From a virus: DNA of 64,000 bases. Under the pieces are notes generated by a model. It was not told the origin of the DNA. It saw only the letters and a program-made list of their open reading frames with translations, and did not search any database. The stretch lies in IMG/VR virus record IMGVR_UViG_3300045988_123588, one strand, 5' to 3'. Shown here one piece after another: positions 18,694 to 26,484 of the stretch. The position numbers and the translations under genes are program-made. The stretch's first letter is position 1, and every line of letters starts with the position of its first letter.

Positions 18694-19474
18694 GCTTAAA
18701 ATAAAGGGTAACCTGTTGCAGTTCAAAACCAGCATGAAAGCTTGGGAAGGACTTAACAGGTTATTTCTGTTCAATACCCTTGGTTTGGACATAGAAAGAA
18801 TTGGTAAAGCTCAATATATAAATGATTTAGTCATTAGTATTAATGAGCCTCTAGTAGACCCAGAATTTGATTTTGGTAGGCACTTCAACTACACCATGTC
18901 AAAATGGAAGTCATTAGTAGCTAATTACATTGATGAGAATAGTTTGATTGACTTAAGACAGGAAGTCAACACAGCTATGAACTCAAGGAAGATATTCAAT
19001 ATAGGTTATCAGTTTAATAATAAACATGCTCATGGGAAGAACTGCCTATTATCTATGACAGTGTCTAAAAAGGCTGGTATGGATAAACCCATGATAACCG
19101 TGTTCATGAGGGCATCAGAAGTTACTAAAAGATTAATATGTGATTTACTCCTCATTCAACGTATGGGAGAGTATATATTTTGCAATGGTCAGAAGTTTCA
19201 AGTATCAATACATTTCAGTCAGATATTTAATGATGATACTGTATTACTAATGTACCATGCTCATGAAGATTTACTAAAGCTAAGTGATAAACTTGGTATA
19301 TACGACGGGAATTGGTATGAGCGATTAGAATACCTACTAAAAGTAGACCCTGACAAGATAAAGTATAAGGTACATAAAAGAGCTTTGAAAGTACTAAGGC
19401 CAGAATTATTCAAGTACCCAAAAACTCTGGCAAAAGATTGTACACTTGGTAATGAAGACTGGCTACCATTCTAA
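18686..19474 (+). CDS. thymidylate-synthase-fold (ThyA-like) protein, paralogue B
   Basis: Collinear with paralogue A (KAWEGL, DPEFDFG, TMSKW, HGKNCLL, FMRASEVTKRLICDLLLIQRMGEY). ATGAGTAA overlap with A. Start moved to MSKLKIKG. Confidence 0.5.
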   Translation: MSKLKIKGNLLQFKTSMKAWEGLNRLFLFNTLGLDIERIGKAQYINDLVISINEPLVDPEFDFGRHFNYTMSKWKSLVANYIDENSLIDLRQEVNTAMNSRKIFNIGYQFNNKHAHGKNCLLSMTVSKKAGMDKPMITVFMRASEVTKRLICDLLLIQRMGEYIFCNGQKFQVSIHFSQIFNDDTVLLMYHAHEDLLKLSDKLGIYDGNWYERLEYLLKVDPDKIKYKVHKRALKVLRPELFKYPKTLAKDCTLGNEDWLPF

Positions 19475-19510
19475 GATAGGGAAGTCTATTGAATTGCAAA
19501 TACCAATGCA

Positions 19511-19690
19511 ATGAAAATAGAAGTAAAGAAATCTCCTTATACCAGTAAACTCGGAGGAGATATAGATATAACTTTCTCCACTGATGATGGATGGTTATTT
19601 AATACCGTGGCCAACATAAGTGTAAAAGATTTAAGGCAGCTTAAAAGAAAGGTAAGGAGGTATCTAAGTGAAGTACGAGAGGAAAGGTAA
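19511..19690 (+). CDS. small protein (59 aa), paralogue of the next ORF
   Basis: Hand-translated; ISVKDLRQLKRKVRRYL parallels MNIQDLKELRKSIRKYI in 19668-19868. Confidence 0.35.
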   Translation: MKIEVKKSPYTSKLGGDIDITFSTDDGWLFNTVANISVKDLRQLKRKVRRYLSEVREER

Positions 19691-19868
19691 ACCATATTTT
19701 GGAGTGGAGATATCCAAGGGTAAATATCCCGATAGGAATAGCAGGGATATAGAGTTATCTATATGTATCAATGCTCATCATTGGGTAGGTCTTCCCAATA
19801 TGAATATTCAGGACCTAAAAGAACTACGAAAATCTATAAGAAAATATATTAAAAATAACGAACAATGA
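19668..19868 (+). CDS. small protein (66 aa)
   Basis: ORF with a GTG start overlapping the previous small ORF; ATGA overlap with the next gene. Confidence 0.4.
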   Translation: MKYERKGKPYFGVEISKGKYPDRNSRDIELSICINAHHWVGLPNMNIQDLKELRKSIRKYIKNNEQ

Positions 19869-20635
19869 GAATATATTCGAACCCTTACGAGTTAATGTCA
19901 GAAACTGCTCGTAATCTTTGGGAGATGGGTAATGAGGTAAAACCACGTACCTATCAGAATAAAGTTATCGAAGGCAAAGATGACTTTATTACAAAGGAAC
20001 TTATATGTGAGCAGTACTGTTTAACTCACATGGAAGACCCAGCTGCACTTTTCGTATTTACCAAGTCCAAGGACTGGGCAGATGCAGAACTAGAAGAGAG
20101 AGTAAGCGGTAGAATGGAAAATCCTGGCAAAGCTTGGGAACTTCGTAAGAATATTTGGGAAGAGTTTTTGGTCGATGGATTTTTTGACTATACCTATGCA
20201 GAACGTATGAACGAGACAGTTTCATACAAAGGTAAAGCATTCTCTAAACTCGAGGCAGTGATAGAACTGTTAAAAACAGATAACGATACAAGAAAAGCCA
20301 TATTAAATATATATGGTGAGGACGGTTTCAATGAAGATTGCGACTCAAACTACCTTGGGGGTGAACATAGAATACCATGTTCAATGTACTACGACTTCCT
20401 CATACGGGAAAATGCCCGAGGAGAGAAGCAGTTAAATATTTGTTATCACCAAAGGTCATCAGACTTTGTAACCCACTTCGGGAATGATGTATACCTGGCA
20501 TGGAGACTCATGGAATACGTAGCTAGAGAAGTGGGCATCAAACCTGGTTATCTCTATCATACTATTGATAGTTTGCATAGTTATAAAAAGGACTGGGTAA
20601 AGCTTAAAACTTCTATCCAGACCGAATTAAGGTAA
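19865..20635 (+). CDS. ThyA-family enzyme, dCMP hydroxymethylase/methylase-like
   Basis: LLKTDNDTRKAILNIY, RIPCSMYYDF and ICYHQRSSDFVTHFGNDVYLAWRLMEYVAREVGIKPGYLYHTIDSLHSY are collinear with E. coli ThyA. Asp replaces Asn177. Confidence 0.8.
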   Translation: MRIYSNPYELMSETARNLWEMGNEVKPRTYQNKVIEGKDDFITKELICEQYCLTHMEDPAALFVFTKSKDWADAELEERVSGRMENPGKAWELRKNIWEEFLVDGFFDYTYAERMNETVSYKGKAFSKLEAVIELLKTDNDTRKAILNIYGEDGFNEDCDSNYLGGEHRIPCSMYYDFLIRENARGEKQLNICYHQRSSDFVTHFGNDVYLAWRLMEYVAREVGIKPGYLYHTIDSLHSYKKDWVKLKTSIQTELR

Positions 20636-20713
20636 CAAAAGAGGGTAACGGTGGTTGAACTTAGTTTCTTTTCTGTCAAGCCGAGATTAGTAGTAAAACC
20701 GTTACCTTCTTTC

Positions 20714-20787
<74 letters not shown>

Positions 20788-20864
20788 CTTATGAATCTTT
20801 ACTTTGCGCTGTGGACAACGAGTCCTGATTCATTCCCAGGTACTGGACGGTAGTGATATAGACT

Positions 20865-20874
20865 GGTACCTAAT
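20865..20874 (+). repeat. GGTACCTAAT 10-mer, copy 4 of 4, 2 nt upstream of tRNA-Pro
   Basis: Identical 10-mer at 49911-49920, 50484-50493 and 51467-51476. Confidence 0.8.
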
Positions 20875-20876
20875 TT

Positions 20877-20951
20877 ACGGAAGTAGCACAGTCCGGTCAG
20901 TGTACTTGCTTTGGGAGCAAGGGGTCGCAGGTTCGAATCCTGTCTTCCGTA
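20877..20951 (+). tRNA. tRNA-Pro(TGG): tRNA-Pro (anticodon TGG)
   Basis: 75 nt: acceptor ACGGAAG/CTTCCGT, anticodon stem CTTGC/GCAAG, loop TTTGGGA, T-arm GCAGG-TTCGAAT-CCTGT. Confidence 0.85.
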
Positions 20952-21062
20952 CAAGGGCTATATGCTGGGTCATAACAGGAGATACGACCTCCAGCTAGCA
21001 ATGGGCAATAACCTGGTACGAGATACCAAAACCCATAATTAAAGTCGAAGGCTATAGCTTTA

Positions 21063-21100
21063 GGAGATGAGCGAAGAACAGTACCTCATCTCCCCTTTTG
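21063..21100 (+). terminator. hairpin plus T-run just upstream of tRNA-Leu (terminator or processing structure)
   Basis: GGAGATGAG...CTCATCTCC followed by CCTTTTG. Confidence 0.4.
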
Positions 21101-21105
21101 TAAAG

Positions 21106-21191
21106 GCTCGGATGGTGAAATAGGTAGACACGCCGGACTTAAAATCCTGTGACCAGCAATGGTCGTGCGGGTTCGATTCCCGCTCCGAGTA
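21106..21191 (+). tRNA. tRNA-Leu(TAA): tRNA-Leu (anticodon TAA), class II long variable arm
   Basis: 86 nt: acceptor GCTCGGA/TCCGAGT, loop CTTAAAA, variable arm GACCAGCAATGGTC, T-arm GCGGG-TTCGATT-CCCGC. Confidence 0.8.
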
Positions 21192-21206
21192 CAAAATACC
21201 CTGAAC

Positions 21207-21542
21207 ATGACAATCACATTCAAAGATTATCCTTGCGGTACAATTTCATTAGGTACTTCAGTAACAAGAATACCTAACTCATATCGGATTAAATCTATCC
21301 GAGATATGGAATATATAATCAACCGTTCTAGAGAAGAAGTAAATAAAAGTCCAGCATTCCATACGTTTGCAATAAATAAAAGAACTACAGCTGGTATGAT
21401 TATTGAATGGCGAGCCCATAATATGCTATATGCACTGCATATAAAAAGGAATCGGACTCGAACGGTTGACCTGGATATAAATGAACCATGGTACCGTAAA
21501 GTAGGATATGTAATATTATCAACACTATACTTAAGATGGTAG
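21207..21542 (+). CDS. hypothetical protein
   Basis: 111 aa; start moved to MTITFKD so that it no longer overlaps tRNA-Leu. Confidence 0.5.
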   Translation: MTITFKDYPCGTISLGTSVTRIPNSYRIKSIRDMEYIINRSREEVNKSPAFHTFAINKRTTAGMIIEWRAHNMLYALHIKRNRTRTVDLDINEPWYRKVGYVILSTLYLRW

Positions 21543-22144
21543 AAATCACAAACGTAGACGTTTATGACTTAGAGAAGTCAATTATAGCATGTAGGAATGC
21601 TATGCGTACAGAACCTGTATTTCCAATAGGCGTAGATGCTTGGGGACATCCAATTTACGAACAGAAGGAGTGGGATGATTCTTTCAAGAGGGCAAAATCA
21701 CTTGCCAAATCTCCCTCAAACAGTGGTCACCCTAATTTTCTAACCGGTATAAGGGTATCATTTGATATTCTGTACCCAAACTACTTTTCACCCGAGTTAC
21801 AACGATATCATTGGATAGACATTGTAACCTCATCTTCAAAGATGCACCGACTTGGTGAAATTGTAAAGAAGGAATCTTTTAACAAGTATGTAACTCCAGA
21901 GGTCATAGCTATAGTTCAGGACTTGGCCAATAAGTTCATTGAGGACCCCAGCTATGAGAATCGCATCAAGCTGTTAAGTAACTGCCCTCTCGGAATAGAG
22001 TTATTCATGAGGGTAAGTACAAACTATATGCAACTACGGAATATATACTACCAGAGGAAAGACCATCGCTTGAGAGAGGATTGGGGGTCATTTTGTAAGA
22101 TGATTCAGGAATTACCATTCTTTGATGAATTTATCAATCAGTAG
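21536..22144 (+). CDS. ThyX-fold (flavin-dependent thymidylate synthase-like) protein with a divergent active-site motif
   Basis: SGHPNFLTGIRVSFDILYPNYFSPELQRYHWIDIVTSSSKMH is collinear with the ThyX motif GHxxPxEHxxFTFxI...RHRxxSxxxxSxRY. VSTNYMQLRNIYYQRKDHRLREDW parallels the ThyX C-terminal motif. RHR is replaced by RYH. Confidence 0.55.
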   Translation: MVEITNVDVYDLEKSIIACRNAMRTEPVFPIGVDAWGHPIYEQKEWDDSFKRAKSLAKSPSNSGHPNFLTGIRVSFDILYPNYFSPELQRYHWIDIVTSSSKMHRLGEIVKKESFNKYVTPEVIAIVQDLANKFIEDPSYENRIKLLSNCPLGIELFMRVSTNYMQLRNIYYQRKDHRLREDWGSFCKMIQELPFFDEFINQ

Positions 22145-22146
22145 TT

Positions 22147-22392
22147 ATGGCCGATAGATATGAACATGTAAATCACCCAAAACACTACAATAATTATAGT
22201 GTGGAAGTGATAGATATGATGGAAGCAATTTATGGAACGGAAGCAACAATAACCTTCTGTGAAATGACAGCTTTCAAATATCGCATGAGGGTTGGTACTA
22301 AACCAGATAACTCAATAGAACAGGATTTACAAAAGGAACGTTGGTATCTTAACAAGGCTAAAGAATTAAGGGCTAAAATTAAGGTAGAATAA
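22147..22392 (+). CDS. DUF3310-like small phage protein (HPxHY motif)
   Basis: 81 aa; VNHPKHYN near the N-terminus. Confidence 0.45.
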   Translation: MADRYEHVNHPKHYNNYSVEVIDMMEAIYGTEATITFCEMTAFKYRMRVGTKPDNSIEQDLQKERWYLNKAKELRAKIKVE

Positions 22393-22397
22393 AATGG

Positions 22398-22436
22398 AAG
22401 ACAGTACATTGTGAAAAGTGTACTGTCTTTCTTGTA
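22398..22436 (+). terminator. rho-independent terminator
   Basis: AAGACAGTACA...TGTACTGTCTT followed by TCTTGT. Confidence 0.6.
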
Positions 22437-22521
22437 GAACAAGATGAAGAGATAACTAAGAGATATGGTCTACTAAAGAACTATTGCATACTACAAGTAA
22501 TATAATAAATTCTATTAACAC

Positions 22522-24810
22522 ATGGAGTCAAGATATGCTATAATAAAGAGTTTCTCACAAGTCAAGCGGCTTGTGAAAGCCTGTTTGAAAACAGGTATAG
22601 CTTCCGTCGACTTCGAGACAAACGCAGAGGGTATTTATAATAAAACCTTCAAACCAACCATCTTATCCATAACCTTTCAAGTTGGTTCTGGTGTATCAAT
22701 TCCACTATGTCATCATGAATATAAAAACCCTCGTTGGAAACGTTGGTTAAAGTATTTTGGTAGGAAAGTGGTTGAGAATCCTAATATAACTAAAGTAGGA
22801 TGGAATCTGAAGTTTGACCTTCAGATATTTGAGTTGTTTGGAATATATGTTAGGGGTACAGTTCTAGACGGTATGCTTATGAAGTACCTTCTGAACGAAG
22901 AGAAACCTAATGACTTGAAGTCCATGGTTAGAAGGTATCTACCAGAACATGGGGATTACGAGAAGTCAGATAAATTCGACAAGATACCATGGGATAAGAA
23001 ACCTTTAGAACCATTATGCAAGTATGGTTGTCAGGATACCGATTACACTCTTAGGTTAGCTATGTTCTTTGAAAGCAAGCTGATAGAGGTTGGTATGTAT
23101 CCATTATTCAGGCATTTGATTATGCCTGCTTCACGGGTATTGCAACATGCCGAGAAAACAGGATTATATCTCGATAGGAAGTTCAATCAGGAATTACTTG
23201 AATCTTATAAACCAAAGATTGACCAAGCAACTTCTAATTGCTTGAATCTTCCTCGAGTGAAAAAATTCTCTAGATGGCTTGTCCAAGAAAGAATAAGCAA
23301 ATATCTTGCATCTATTGAAAGTGAACTTGAGGATTTAGATTACAATGATCCGAAGGATGCCCGTAAAATAGCAAGCAGGGAACAAAAAATATCTAACATC
23401 CGAGCAGGTGTATTCACTACTAAAAAGGAATTGGAATTAACCCGAGAAGTAAACTTAGGGAGTCCTATTGACTTACCTTTGTTATTATATTCTAAAAAGG
23501 GATTTAACTTTCCGATAATAAAATACACAAAGGATAAGAAAACAAATCGTGATACTGATAAGCCAAGTACTGATGAGGATACGTTGGTAGAACTTAGGTT
23601 AACGGTTAAAGACCCAGAAAGTCCAAAGGCAATATTCCTGGATAACCTTCTTGAGTTGAGAGGGTTAAAGAAAATGTATACAACATATATAGAGGGGTGG
23701 CATGATAAGGTACAGGATGATGATAGGATTCATGGTCAATTCAAAATCATTGGTACTACATCAGGACGACTGAGTAGTTCTGAACCCAATCTACAGCAGA
23801 TACCAAAGACTTCAGTAGATGCTAATATTAAGAAACAGTTAGTAGCTCCAAAGGGGAAACTATACATGGCACTAGACTACTCTCAGGCAGAGTTAAGAAT
23901 CATGGCACACCTTTCAGGAGATGAGACTTATCTTGAGGCATTTGCCAAGGGTCAGGACCCTCACCTTGCTATTGCAGCAAACAAATATGGGGTATCATAC
24001 GAGGAAGCAAACAAAGCTTATAGCGATGAACAACATCCCGATTATAAGCTTTGGAAAAATCGAAGGAAGCAGGCAAAGCAGATATGTTTCGGTATTATAT
24101 ATGGTATTCAGAAGAAACTGCTTGCAGTTAAACTATCTGACCCAAAAGCTGGTATTATCGTAACTCCAGATGAAGCTCAACAACAGCTGAACGAGTTTTT
24201 CCAAGAGCACCCAAAGATTAAGAAGTTCATGATTAACCAAGAGAAAGTATTGGTAAGACATGGATATATTAAATCTCTGTTTGGTAGGAAAAGAAGATTA
24301 CCTCAAGTATATTCTGATAATGAGCAAGAAGCTGCATACGCAGTACGATTATCAGTTAATATGCCATGTCAATCAGCTGCATCCGATATGACTTTGTTTG
24401 CATCTATACTTAATTACTGGAAGATTAGGCAGGGCATATTACCACCTCTATTGGAAACATGTACTGTACATGATGCTGTTTATTACCTGACAGACCCAGA
24501 ATATATAAACATATTCACAGTGTATAATATATGGGAAACATGCCGTAACCCGAGTACAAAAGAATATTTCAAGTTTGAAATCAATGATGTCGATATGTCT
24601 ATGGACTTTACTATAGGACGTTCGATGGCTGAGGAGTTACCGTATATACCGGGATATGACTATAGAAAAATGCTTCAACCAGATTTCAATGTGGAGAAGT
24701 ATTTGGAAGAACATCGGAAATGGAAAGAGCTATCCATTAAAGAGTTCCCAAAGAAGTTTCCGGAATACTTTAAGAAGGATTACTCATGGCGAAAGGAAAA
24801 GGTGGCATAG
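22522..24810 (+). CDS. family A DNA polymerase with 3'-5' exonuclease domain
   Basis: Exo motifs VDFETN, NLKFDL, YGCQDTD; pol motifs A DYSQAELRIMAHLSGD, B RRKQAKQICFGIIYG, C VHDAVY. Confidence 0.9.
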   Translation: MESRYAIIKSFSQVKRLVKACLKTGIASVDFETNAEGIYNKTFKPTILSITFQVGSGVSIPLCHHEYKNPRWKRWLKYFGRKVVENPNITKVGWNLKFDLQIFELFGIYVRGTVLDGMLMKYLLNEEKPNDLKSMVRRYLPEHGDYEKSDKFDKIPWDKKPLEPLCKYGCQDTDYTLRLAMFFESKLIEVGMYPLFRHLIMPASRVLQHAEKTGLYLDRKFNQELLESYKPKIDQATSNCLNLPRVKKFSRWLVQERISKYLASIESELEDLDYNDPKDARKIASREQKISNIRAGVFTTKKELELTREVNLGSPIDLPLLLYSKKGFNFPIIKYTKDKKTNRDTDKPSTDEDTLVELRLTVKDPESPKAIFLDNLLELRGLKKMYTTYIEGWHDKVQDDDRIHGQFKIIGTTSGRLSSSEPNLQQIPKTSVDANIKKQLVAPKGKLYMALDYSQAELRIMAHLSGDETYLEAFAKGQDPHLAIAANKYGVSYEEANKAYSDEQHPDYKLWKNRRKQAKQICFGIIYGIQKKLLAVKLSDPKAGIIVTPDEAQQQLNEFFQEHPKIKKFMINQEKVLVRHGYIKSLFGRKRRLPQVYSDNEQEAAYAVRLSVNMPCQSAASDMTLFASILNYWKIRQGILPPLLETCTVHDAVYYLTDPEYINIFTVYNIWETCRNPSTKEYFKFEINDVDMSMDFTIGRSMAEELPYIPGYDYRKMLQPDFNVEKYLEEHRKWKELSIKEFPKKFPEYFKKDYSWRKEKVA

Positions 24811-25235
24811 TACGTCTATCCCAGATTAAGAAAAACACACTAAAGATTCTCTTTCAAGGTAAAACTTACGAGATTGATTTAGACCAGGAACTCATGATTG
24901 ATGAGAACCTGGTCAATCAGTCTTTACGTAAAAGTCCATCCAATTACGCTCTATTGGTGATGGTAAGGGATAGGCTTATATACAAAAGGGATAAACTTGA
25001 AAAGGCAAAAGACCAGGCCTATAGTAAGGCATGGCTTTACTACAAAGAATCTGGAAACATCAATAATGATGCTGCAGCACATAAAGCAGAGAATAATCAA
25101 GCTTATCAAGGAGCCTTAAAAAGGTACATGAAGGCTGAATACAATGCAAGTAAATTCATAAGTATATGTAAAGCATACGAATCACGAGAGAATATATTAA
25201 GAACAATATCAGCAAACTTACGTAAACAACAGTAA
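24786..25235 (+). CDS. hypothetical protein, possibly a UvsY-like recombination mediator
   Basis: 149 aa, helical, charged; loose collinearity with T4 UvsY and proximity to the SSB and RecA-like genes only. Confidence 0.3.
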   Translation: MAKGKGGIVRLSQIKKNTLKILFQGKTYEIDLDQELMIDENLVNQSLRKSPSNYALLVMVRDRLIYKRDKLEKAKDQAYSKAWLYYKESGNINNDAAAHKAENNQAYQGALKRYMKAEYNASKFISICKAYESRENILRTISANLRKQQ

Positions 25236-25237
25236 CT

Positions 25238-25612
25238 ATGTCAAAAATTGAATTAGACCTTATTTCGGTCAAAGAAGCAAATGAGTTGAACGATAAACTG
25301 AAAGGTTTAGGAACTCCAACAGGAAGCCGGGTACTTATAGTATCTCCAATAGTAACTGCAGATACAAAAACAAAGGGTGGATTATATATCCCTCAGGAAC
25401 ACGACAAAGATACAGTACCACGCAAAGGAGTGGTCATTCAAGTAGGACCAATAACTGACGAACAGCAGGAAGAATATCCTGGTCTTCAAGTAGGAGCTGT
25501 AGTTACGTATGGTCTGTATGCCGGTAAAGAGCTGGATATTGTAGACCTTCCCAATCAAGTAACTACTATATTATCTCTGAACGAGATACTTTACATTGAA
25601 ACCAATAAATAA
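25238..25612 (+). CDS. GroES/Cpn10-like co-chaperonin
   Basis: SRVLIVSPIVTADTKTKGGLYIP...RKGVVIQVG...LQVGAVVTYGLYAGKE...LNEILYIE is collinear with E. coli GroES. Confidence 0.7.
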   Translation: MSKIELDLISVKEANELNDKLKGLGTPTGSRVLIVSPIVTADTKTKGGLYIPQEHDKDTVPRKGVVIQVGPITDEQQEEYPGLQVGAVVTYGLYAGKELDIVDLPNQVTTILSLNEILYIETNK

Positions 25613-25616
25613 AGCC

Positions 25617-26405
25617 ATGAAAAAGGAAAAAACCGTTAAGAAAAAAGGTAGTGTAATGACTACCCGAGAAAAAATGCTTGCCCGGAAGAAAGACCTGGAA
25701 AAGCGTAGTGGAGGTGGTGGAATAATCTACCCGAAAGAAGGAACTACAAGAGTACGTATCAAATCACGAGGAGCAGACGAAGAACTGGGAATCGAGATTG
25801 TTCAATTCTATCTCGGACCTAAAGAGGGAGGTATTATATCTCCGGCTACTTTCGATGAGCCATGTCCTTTCATGGAGAAGTTTCAGGAGCTTAAGAACTC
25901 CGATGACCCAGATGATAAGGCATTGGCCTCGAAATTGGTGCCCAAGAGAAAGTATCTCGTAGGGGTACTTGGGTACAAAGATACCAAGGGTAAGGAAATT
26001 GACCCTGACAGGGTTGATAAGCCTATGATGGTACCACGCTCGGTATATCAAGATATTATCGACCTTTACCTCGACGAGGAGGATTGGGGTGACATGACTG
26101 ACCCCGTAGATGGATATGATATCAAGATAACCCGCACCGGTACTGGCAAGAATGACACCAGTTATTCAGTATCCCCTTGCCAGAAAACCAAGCTGGACAA
26201 GAAGTATCGGGGAGAGGTGGACTTGGAGAAAGCAATACGAGCAAATATCCTTTCCTACGAGGAGCTCGAGGAGAAGCTGGCATCATTCCTAAATGAGGGA
26301 GATGATGACGATGAAGATGAAAGACCTCGTAAGAAATCTTCTTCCAAAACCAAGCTAGCGGATAAAAAGAAAAAGGGGAAGAAGAAATATAAGGGTGATA
26401 TCTAA
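25617..26405 (+). CDS. gp32-like single-stranded DNA-binding protein
   Basis: Collinear with T4 gp32 (RVRIK, PCPFMEKF, KRKYLVGVLGY, DPVDGYDIKITRTG), with an acidic then basic tail. Start moved to MKKEKTV after the GroES stop. Confidence 0.55.
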   Translation: MKKEKTVKKKGSVMTTREKMLARKKDLEKRSGGGGIIYPKEGTTRVRIKSRGADEELGIEIVQFYLGPKEGGIISPATFDEPCPFMEKFQELKNSDDPDDKALASKLVPKRKYLVGVLGYKDTKGKEIDPDRVDKPMMVPRSVYQDIIDLYLDEEDWGDMTDPVDGYDIKITRTGTGKNDTSYSVSPCQKTKLDKKYRGEVDLEKAIRANILSYEELEEKLASFLNEGDDDDEDERPRKKSSSKTKLADKKKKGKKKYKGDI

Positions 26406-26433
26406 AGATTCTCTGGATATATACCTAAAGCAG

Positions 26434-26465
26434 GAGTGGGGTATATTTAATATCCCACTCTTTTC
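26434..26465 (+). terminator. rho-independent terminator
   Basis: GAGTGGG...CCCACTC followed by TTTTC. Confidence 0.55.
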
Positions 26466-26484
26466 ATATTATAAATAACCAAGT

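Noticed and set aside
20640-20713. GGTAACGGT...ACCGTTACC pairing after the ThyA-like gene as a terminator
   Set aside because: The loop is about 47 nt, too long for a canonical intrinsic terminator. It may be a structured leader for the tRNA cluster, but I cannot support a call.
20788-20876. Possible fourth tRNA in the Met-Pro spacer
   Set aside because: I could find no T-loop (GTTCRANT) or acceptor pairing.
20804-20998. 64-aa + strand ORF, and the N-terminal extension of the 21159 ORF
   Set aside because: Both overlap well-formed tRNA genes (Pro and Leu). The 21159 ORF was trimmed to the ATG at 21207.
23921-24163. Alternative-frame and antisense ORFs inside long genes (for example 23921-24163, 859-1191, 14572-14889, 32059-32395, 59228-59533, 61062-61382)
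   Set aside because: They are fully nested in genes with strong motif support and show no independent signals or recognisable motifs.
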